64,000 nucleotides of DNA from Candidatus Heimdallarchaeota archaeon (GTDB lineage Archaea; Asgardarchaeota; Heimdallarchaeia; JABLTI01). The notes below the pieces were generated by a model that worked only from the letters and a program-made list of their open reading frames with translations, ran no database searches and was not told the origin of the DNA. This document shows, piece by piece, positions 57,418 to 64,000 of this stretch. The stretch spans positions 32,001 to 96,000 of the forward strand of contig DXJV01000084.1 in the NCBI GenBank assembly GCA_019056785.1. The letters are read 5' to 3'. Numbering within the stretch: the stretch's first letter is position 1; the number at the start of each line of letters is the position of its first letter. A program made the translations under genes and the position numbers.

Positions 57418-58431
57418 TCAAGCAAAATCCTGCATCATTTTATATGCTCTTTTAAAGATTTTTACCGCGTCCCGTGGAGATGTATGATTCGGGTTTTCAA
57501 CCTTTGGTGATTTTGAAAGGACAAATAAATGCAAGTTTTCTTCTTCAAGCATGTGTTGAATTTTCACAATCCGATCAGCATAGGCTATGTCCTTCTTCAA
57601 AGGCTTCCAATCATTTGGTTTTCTTATACGCAGAAAACAAACAAAAGAGGGGAATTTATTGCCCATGTATTCATTTAGAATGATTTGTATAGATAAAGAA
57701 TCGAAGGAGTCTGGTGGATTGTAAAAGTCAATCATGAAACGAACATTTAGAGGGAGCATGATTTCTTCTTCCTTCTTCGGGGTTTTCACCCGTTGTAATT
57801 GTACTGCGGGTGTTGCTAAGAATTCCAGCTCATCCAAGTCTTCTTGCTGCGTAAATTGATAATAGAAGAGAATTTTCCGTAAAATTTCTGGCTCCCAATA
57901 GTCAATACGGATAATAAACCACAGCGGGAGGAAGAAGAGGTAGAGATCAATTAAGAACAATCCTGTAGAGAAAAAGAGTTTCTTTGTCAAACCCAAAATA
58001 AGAATGTAAAGGAAAGCCACTCCAAAGAGCACGGTAACAAATATCCATCTTCCCTTCGGCTTTGAAAGGTCGAAATAAGCCGTGCGTTTTTTCTGCCTTT
58101 TTTCACGATTGTTAATGTGGTTAAAAAGTTCTGAAAGCTGCTTCATAGTATATTCTGTCCAAATGGGTTTTTCATCAGCCAAGAGAGGTTCTTCTGAAAT
58201 CTTTAATCGCTCCGGGAAGAGCAAGAAAAGAGCGATTACAAGAAATACCAAACCAATAATAAAAGAATAAGAAGGCGTTTTTGTTTCCTCGTATGGAAAA
58301 ATGCCATTTATTGGTAAGAAGATCTGAATGAATACTCCAAAGAGAGCAAAAGCTATTCCAATAATCATTCTCGGAAGAGCAGGGAACTTCTTTAGGAATT
58401 TAAAATCGTCATTTGTTATTGTAAGAGCCAT
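57418..58431 (-). CDS. Hypothetical 4-TM membrane protein
   Basis: Two TM hairpins and a soluble C-terminal domain. Confidence 0.65.
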   Translation of the reverse strand: MALTITNDDFKFLKKFPALPRMIIGIAFALFGVFIQIFLPINGIFPYEETKTPSYSFIIGLVFLVIALFLLFPERLKISEEPLLADEKPIWTEYTMKQLSELFNHINNREKRQKKRTAYFDLSKPKGRWIFVTVLFGVAFLYILILGLTKKLFFSTGLFLIDLYLFFLPLWFIIRIDYWEPEILRKILFYYQFTQQEDLDELEFLATPAVQLQRVKTPKKEEEIMLPLNVRFMIDFYNPPDSFDSLSIQIILNEYMGNKFPSFVCFLRIRKPNDWKPLKKDIAYADRIVKIQHMLEEENLHLFVLSKSPKVENPNHTSPRDAVKIFKRAYKMMQDFA

Positions 58432-58489
58432 CAGCTTTCACACCACATTTGCTGAAAGTAAGCTAGAATTTCAGTTAATATTTATTAGG

Positions 58490-58906
58490 TTAAGTTTTAT
58501 TTAACGGTTTTAAATCCTGTTCTGAGGATTTTTTAGGGAAGAGAAAAATTCTCGAGATAAAGCTAATTATCCAAATTAAGAGTGACAACCCCCCGACCGG
58601 CAAACCAAACCAAATTGGTATCCCTTCAAAGTAATAGAGCAAAAGAGCCAGAAGAGAAGCTGAAAGAACGACGGTTAATATCTCCAAAGTCCGAGTTTTG
58701 ATAATAAATGTGCTCCCCCAACCAAAGATGAACCAGATGAAAAAAATGCCGAAAAATGCATAGAAATGGATCAAAGTTAGCAAATAAGCGATCAAACCAC
58801 TAAGAGCACCCTCGAGAAGGCCAATGGCTAGACTCCGTAAAAAAAGTCGGAACTTTTCGAACGATTTTTTTTGTTTCGAGCTAGTCGTGGAATCGTCATC
58901 ATTCAT
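58490..58906 (-). CDS. Hypothetical 4-TM membrane protein
   Basis: Highly hydrophobic 138-aa ORF. Confidence 0.65.
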   Translation of the reverse strand: MNDDDSTTSSKQKKSFEKFRLFLRSLAIGLLEGALSGLIAYLLTLIHFYAFFGIFFIWFIFGWGSTFIIKTRTLEILTVVLSASLLALLLYYFEGIPIWFGLPVGGLSLLIWIISFISRIFLFPKKSSEQDLKPLNKT

Positions 58907-59103
58907 GATTAAAATGATATCTTCCCGGCTTTTAAAAAGTTAGTGAGGGTTTTATGCTAAACACGACACAGGTAGTTTCTTCTTTTGATAGCGGATTTTT
59001 TGTAAAGCAAAAAACTAAAAGGAATGACCGTAACTATTAGAAATAAGATAACAAAACAACCTTTAAGAGACCGATTAATGCAAATAAAACATGGTGGGCC
59101 TTT

Positions 59104-60984
59104 ATGCTACCGATTTTAAAATCCCTGGAATTCGCTAAAATATTACCTTTGAGTGAAAACTCTATTGAAAAGATAGCTTTTAGAGACGGGATTAATAAAT
59201 TCTTGGCGGAAAATGGATCTGGAAAGACAACACTTACAGATTTGATTGAGCATTCTCTGGTAAGAGATGCGCATGCTTTTGCCTGGAACATTTTTTCCAA
59301 AAAACGTGTCGATAAAAATGCGTATGTTAAAGCTGAATGGCTTTTCGGAAACAAGTCAACTATCATCACCCATGAATTTACGGACGCAGGTGCGAGAACG
59401 AGAGTAACTGCAGCCACTTTTTCAAATAAAGCCCATACAAGAGACATGTATTCAGATTTTCTTTTCACTCACACAAATTTGACTCTGGAGCAAATGCAAA
59501 AACTCTTCGAAGGGGTTTTTTATAAAAGAGAGAATGATTTGAACCTTCTTGGAACACCCGGTGAAGAAAGTCTAATGGATTTTTTTGAATTACTTAACAA
59601 GACTATTCGAATGGAAAGTCCCACAACGATTAAACTACGAAATCAGATTGGCGAGATAAAACGACAGATTGAATTACGAAAAAACAGTAAAAGGAAAATA
59701 GAGGCTCAATTAGAGAAGATGGAGATCATTTTTGCCAGTGCTGAAACATCGGCTGATGCATTAGAATCAATCGGGAACCGGAAGGGGGAATTGGAACGTA
59801 GCAATAGAAAATTGCGGGAGGAAATTGAGCAACAGAGAAAGCTTTTACAACAGTTAGAGAAAGAGAACGAACAAACCCTTAATGAACTCGATAATTATCA
59901 AGGGAAATTATTACAAAATCGCCTAAAGCAAGATGAAATTAAAACAAAACAATACACTGTAAAGACCCAACTTGATAAGTTGGAACGAGAACTCGAGGGC
60001 TTTACCAAGCTGGCAAAAGTGAATTATTCTGAAATTAAAGCCCAATGGGAAAAGAAACAAACTTGTGAATTATGTGGAAGTGCCATATTTGATAACTGGT
60101 CTGAAAGAATCAGCAAAGGCTGCCCGGTTTGTGGGACAGAATGGAAACAAATCCCAGCAAGTGTAAAAGAAACTATTAGTAAAAATGAGATTGAAAGTGA
60201 AACCAGGGACATCCAAAAAGAAATTGATTCATTGAAGCTTAAATCGCAGGCCCTAGATGAGGACCTGGCAAAGTTCAAACGTGAAGAAGAGAGATATATC
60301 ACTACTCTGAAGAATCTCCGAGAGAAATTAACTACAAATGGTTCACGGCAACGAGAACTGCAAAAAAGAAACGAAGAAATTAACCTTAAGATTCAGAAGA
60401 TCGGCATGGAACTTGGCAGTCTTTCAGCACAAGAAAAAATGGTCAACCAAGATGAGAGCATTGCTTTATTGCATGTTAATCTTGACAAAATAAATGCTGA
60501 ATTGGAGGACTATTATCTCCGGCTTGAACGTTTAGAAAAGGAATTACCCGAGCAAAAAGAGCTGCAACATATTTTGAATAACTTTGCCAGAATAACAAAA
60601 GAGATCTTTGGCTATAGTATGCTTGCTGATACAGAGACCCGGATAATTACTATTACAAAGGATGACTCGAGTCGTGATTTCGCAGCCCTATCCTGGTCTG
60701 AAAGGTACTTTATTGATGTTGTTTTCAGAATTGCTATATTTAATTTCCTTATTGAAAACAACATCATGAGCCGAGGACTATTAATTTTAGACTCCCCTGA
60801 AGCAGCTCTTGACCCCACTCGCTTAGACTTGCTAGCTGATATTATCAACAAGCACAAAGACAACGCCACATTCATTATAGCAACGCGAGTTAAAAAATTC
60901 TATGACAAACTGGAAGGACATCCCCTCGAGATTCACAAGCAAACCCAAATGAGCCTTTTTGACTTTATTGGATTCACAGCCTGA
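59104..60984 (+). CDS. Short Rad50/SMC-like ABC ATPase with central zinc finger and C-terminal PIP box
   Basis: Walker A AENGSGKT, coiled coils around CELC-x13-CPVC, signature LSWSE, Walker B LILDSP and tail QMSLFDF. Confidence 0.8.
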   Translation: MLPILKSLEFAKILPLSENSIEKIAFRDGINKFLAENGSGKTTLTDLIEHSLVRDAHAFAWNIFSKKRVDKNAYVKAEWLFGNKSTIITHEFTDAGARTRVTAATFSNKAHTRDMYSDFLFTHTNLTLEQMQKLFEGVFYKRENDLNLLGTPGEESLMDFFELLNKTIRMESPTTIKLRNQIGEIKRQIELRKNSKRKIEAQLEKMEIIFASAETSADALESIGNRKGELERSNRKLREEIEQQRKLLQQLEKENEQTLNELDNYQGKLLQNRLKQDEIKTKQYTVKTQLDKLERELEGFTKLAKVNYSEIKAQWEKKQTCELCGSAIFDNWSERISKGCPVCGTEWKQIPASVKETISKNEIESETRDIQKEIDSLKLKSQALDEDLAKFKREEERYITTLKNLREKLTTNGSRQRELQKRNEEINLKIQKIGMELGSLSAQEKMVNQDESIALLHVNLDKINAELEDYYLRLERLEKELPEQKELQHILNNFARITKEIFGYSMLADTETRIITITKDDSSRDFAALSWSERYFIDVVFRIAIFNFLIENNIMSRGLLILDSPEAALDPTRLDLLADIINKHKDNATFIIATRVKKFYDKLEGHPLEIHKQTQMSLFDFIGFTA

Positions 60985-61018
60985 AAATGAAAACAAAAAA
61001 ATAGGAAGAGTGTTATAA

Positions 61019-62368
61019 ATGACTGAATGGCTAAAGACAGAAATCGAGCTCTACAAAAAAAACCATCAACGCTCTCTTGCATTATGGAAAAAAGCCCAAG
61101 AACAATTCCCTGCTGGCGTTTCTCACAATATTCGAGACTTTCATATGACACCCTTTGGTCTTTCGCCGCCATTCATTGTACAAGGAAAAGAAAGCCAATT
61201 ATTTGATGTAGATGGTAACAGCTATATTGATTATTGGGTAACTCATGGTTCAGCAATTCTTGGCCATGCCCACCCAGCCATTATGAGAGCGATTTCAGAC
61301 CAACTCTCGTTTGGGATCCATTTTGGCATGGTAAATGAACATACTTTAAACCTCGCAGAAATGATTATTGATGCCACCCCATGCGTCGAAAAATTACGCT
61401 TTTGCACTACCGGAACGGAAGCAACAATGTACGCATCAAGACTCGCACGGGCCTACACCAAGAAGAAAAAAATTGTGAAAGTACGCGGCGGCTGGCATGG
61501 TGGAAATGATACGCTTTTTTACTTTGTAAAGGAAGTACAAAAAGGCGTAGAATCAGCTGGGCTTAAAAGCCTTGAAGATTCGCAAATTTTAAGCTTTGAT
61601 TACAATGACATTGAAGGATTTAAGAAAGTTCTAAATGAAAATAAAAATGACATCGCAGCTGTTATCCTAGAACCCGTTTTAGGCGCAGGAGGAGCAATTC
61701 CCCCCAAGGAAGGATTTCTCGAAGAAATACAAGAAGAAACCCAAAAGAGAGGGATTATTCTCATCTTTGATGAAATCATTACTGGCTTTCGTTTAAGTTA
61801 TCATTCAGCACAGGGATTTTTCAATGTCATTCCAGACATGGTTACAATGGGAAAAATCGTTGGTGGAGGAACACCTATTGGAGTTATCGGCGGTACTGAC
61901 GAAATTATGGAACAAGCAAATCTCCAGAAAGGTGGCGAAGTTTGGATTGGGGGCGGAACCTTTTCAGGGAACCCCCTAAGCATGGTTGCTGGGAGAGCAA
62001 CTTTAGAAACACTTCGTAGCAACAAAGATGAATTTTACCGAAAATTAAATGAAAATGGTAAAATGATTCGCCAGAGAATCCAAAGCCTTCTAGATGAGTA
62101 TAACTCTCCTGCAGTAGTTACCGGTGTTGGGTCAATGATTTGTATTCACTGGTTCGATAAACCGTTAGCCAAAATTTCATCGAGCTCGGAAATTAAGTTG
62201 AATTTGGCCAAAGAAAAGGTCAACCAATTCCAATTGTTAATGTTTAATAGAGGATTGTTGATTCGCAGCGGTTTTGGGTACCTTTGCATTAAACACACAT
62301 CTAAAGACATCGAAAAAACCCTCAATGCCCTCGAAGATGGGATCAAGATTATTTCACATGGAACTTAG
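61019..62368 (+). CDS. hemL: Class III aminotransferase, glutamate-1-semialdehyde aminomutase-like
   Basis: D.DGN.YID, GTEATM.A.RLARAYT, FDEIITGFR, MGKIVGGG.P and GTFSGNPL motifs. Confidence 0.8.
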   Translation: MTEWLKTEIELYKKNHQRSLALWKKAQEQFPAGVSHNIRDFHMTPFGLSPPFIVQGKESQLFDVDGNSYIDYWVTHGSAILGHAHPAIMRAISDQLSFGIHFGMVNEHTLNLAEMIIDATPCVEKLRFCTTGTEATMYASRLARAYTKKKKIVKVRGGWHGGNDTLFYFVKEVQKGVESAGLKSLEDSQILSFDYNDIEGFKKVLNENKNDIAAVILEPVLGAGGAIPPKEGFLEEIQEETQKRGIILIFDEIITGFRLSYHSAQGFFNVIPDMVTMGKIVGGGTPIGVIGGTDEIMEQANLQKGGEVWIGGGTFSGNPLSMVAGRATLETLRSNKDEFYRKLNENGKMIRQRIQSLLDEYNSPAVVTGVGSMICIHWFDKPLAKISSSSEIKLNLAKEKVNQFQLLMFNRGLLIRSGFGYLCIKHTSKDIEKTLNALEDGIKIISHGT

Positions 62369-62424
62369 AAATAAACTCGTTATTATGCTACAGTTTAAAA
62401 AAGGTTTAATAACCTAAAAAATCA

Positions 62425-63051
62425 TTGAAGAAAAAAGAGCAAAATGCGAAGTGGCTTTTTATGAGCGAAAATAGAGACATCAAAGTAAAGAATCTTCTAA
62501 AAGGGATAAAAGCTATTTTGAAGCGCCGCAAATATAAAATTGTGAATGAAGAGCATTTTGAAAATTATATTGATCTCGAGTGTGAATCTGAACTTGATTC
62601 TACACAAGAAATCTATGCGAGAATTTCATTAGAAGACAAAGTTGGAGTTACCATTTTAAGAGATTATTTTAAGAAGTTAGACGAGAGAAAGGAACTGAAA
62701 GGCGAAGAAAATGTCAAGGGATTATTAGTTGCCTCGAATAGATTCACACACTACGCGCGAAGAGAAGCAAAAGAAAAAAACATTTGGGTTATTACAAGTA
62801 AGGACCCGCGATTTGATATTTTCACCCACAATTTAGTGCCAGAACATGTCATTTGTCCTGAAGAGGAACTGAAAGAGCTGTTCATAAAATATAAGATTAA
62901 ACGGAAACATTTACCAAAAATTTTAGTCAGTGATCCTGCAGTAAAGGCAATAGGTGCAAAACCAGGGCAAGTAGTGAAAATTTATCGGAAAAGTGATATA
63001 GCCGGTGAATCCGTAGCCTACCGTCTAGTGGTTCAAAAATCCAACAATTAG
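62425..63051 (+). CDS. rpo5: RNA polymerase subunit Rpo5/H with N-terminal (RPB5 jaw-like) domain
   Basis: C-terminal H.LVPEH...LPKI..SDP....GA.PG.V.KI.RKS..AG....YR.V plus ~120 extra N-terminal aa. Start is probably ATG 62461. Confidence 0.92.
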   Translation: MKKKEQNAKWLFMSENRDIKVKNLLKGIKAILKRRKYKIVNEEHFENYIDLECESELDSTQEIYARISLEDKVGVTILRDYFKKLDERKELKGEENVKGLLVASNRFTHYARREAKEKNIWVITSKDPRFDIFTHNLVPEHVICPEEELKELFIKYKIKRKHLPKILVSDPAVKAIGAKPGQVVKIYRKSDIAGESVAYRLVVQKSNN

Positions 63052-63145
63052 CCATTTTTTCTTTGATTTCATCAATTTATGAAAAAAAATTTAAAAGAGA
63101 TACAGTGTCAAGTTAGAGCTTGATAATATCTAATTAGGGAACTAT

Positions 63146-63170
63146 TTATATCTCGAGTTTAGAGATATAA
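63146..63170. promoter_or_regulatory. Inverted repeat overlapping a TATA-like box upstream of the ferredoxin; possible operator
   Basis: TTATATCTC-N7-GAGATATAA with perfect 9-bp arms. Confidence 0.35.
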
Positions 63171-63244
63171 TACAGCACCAATTAAGACTGTTTACAAAAA
63201 AAAGTCCCTTGGTTAGATAAAAATTGTCAAAGAGGTCTTAAAAA

Positions 63245-63424
63245 ATGCCAACAAAAATTGACTATGACAAATGTACGAAATGTGGAACTTGTATAGAAGT
63301 TTGCCCAGAAGAAGTTTACGAAGAAAATGAGGATGGCTCCCCAAAGATTGTCGCAGCAGAAAATTGCACTGAATGTGGTATCTGTGTTGAGGAGTGTCCA
63401 GAAGAAGCCATTGAATTAGTGTAA
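63245..63424 (+). CDS. 2[4Fe-4S] ferredoxin, 59 aa (absent from the ORF track)
   Basis: Hand translation MPTKIDYDKCTKCGTCIEVCP...NCTECGICVEECPEEAIELV*, with two CxxCxxCxxxCP motifs and a GAGG RBS. Confidence 0.96.
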   Translation: MPTKIDYDKCTKCGTCIEVCPEEVYEENEDGSPKIVAAENCTECGICVEECPEEAIELV

Positions 63425-63593
63425 ACATAAGTTTGTTTTTTTTGTTTTTTTTACTTATTTTCTTTTTATTTTAACTGTTTTTACTTGAAGGAAAGGATTC
63501 AAGTAACCCCTTTTTACGCCAGCTCTTTTGTGCCCTAACCGAAAGTTTTTGAAAGTACAAAAGTATTTTAGTCATTGGAAGAGTGGCAGTCAG

Positions 63594-64000
63594 ATGAACC
63601 ATTCCATGTCAACGAGCAAAAGTGAAAACATAATTCTCCCCCCAGAGGTCCTAGACAAATTACTTGCACCAATCCCCAAAAAGATTCTAGTTGAAAAAGT
63701 AGGCGAACACCTGGGAGAAAACGAAAGTAAGCCATTTGAAGCTAAGCAATCGAAAAGAGAATATGTCACTCAACATCTCGGGCAAAAATTTTCTCTTGAA
63801 TTTTTACGTGAAATGCGAGCACTCCATGAGCATTATAACATTAAGAATTTCAATTGGCTCTTATTTCGCTGGGATAAAGATATTACAAATTATTTTCCGG
63901 AATTAATGAAAGAGCAATTTGAAAAAGTGATCAAAAAACTTGACTCGTTGATAACGGTTGATTTTTTAGTGGTAGATAAAAAAAACAAAACGGTCTTTCT
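63594..64000 (+). CDS. Hypothetical protein, truncated by the window end
   Basis: Frame from ATG 63594/63606 (MSTSKSENIILPPEVLDKLLAPIPKK...) appears open to the window edge. Confidence 0.6.
   Translation, partial: MNHSMSTSKSENIILPPEVLDKLLAPIPKKILVEKVGEHLGENESKPFEAKQSKREYVTQHLGQKFSLEFLREMRALHEHYNIKNFNWLLFRWDKDITNYFPELMKEQFEKVIKKLDSLITVDFLVVDKKNKTVF

Noticed and set aside
1-64000. CRISPR arrays, transposases, integrases, rRNA
   Set aside because: None was recognised in this window.

Overview
AT-rich, gene-dense archaeal chromosomal region. By inference it comes from an Asgard archaeon (Heimdallarchaeia-like): it has an Rpo5/RPB5 with a eukaryote-like N-terminal domain, roadblock/longin-like proteins, a PCI-like protein and an IFT52/GIFT-like protein. 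It holds about 58 CDSs and two tRNAs. The CDSs include housekeeping and metabolic genes (LipS2-type radical SAM plus lipoate ligase, proteasome beta-alpha pair, class I fumarate hydratase, nadA/nadC, PepD, DNA ligase, EndoV, two HhH-GPD glycosylases, GSA-aminotransferase). Three short genes are missing from the ORF track: rpl40e, a ferredoxin and a 32-aa basic ORF. tRNA-Val(CAC) carries a non-canonical variable-loop intron. No integrase, transposase or CRISPR array was seen. The best novelty candidates are: (1) an unannotated ~345-nt highly structured RNA at 41.4-41.75 kb; (2) the co-oriented DUF4129/DUF4350/MoxR/DUF58/membrane-protein/ParM-like actin cluster directly downstream of it; (3) a head-to-head CdvA-coil / PRC-barrel-HEAT-PCI gene pair; (4) a stand-alone mini Rad50/SMC-like ATPase with a C-terminal PIP box. 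All family calls come from motif recognition by eye; no database searches or folding programs were run.
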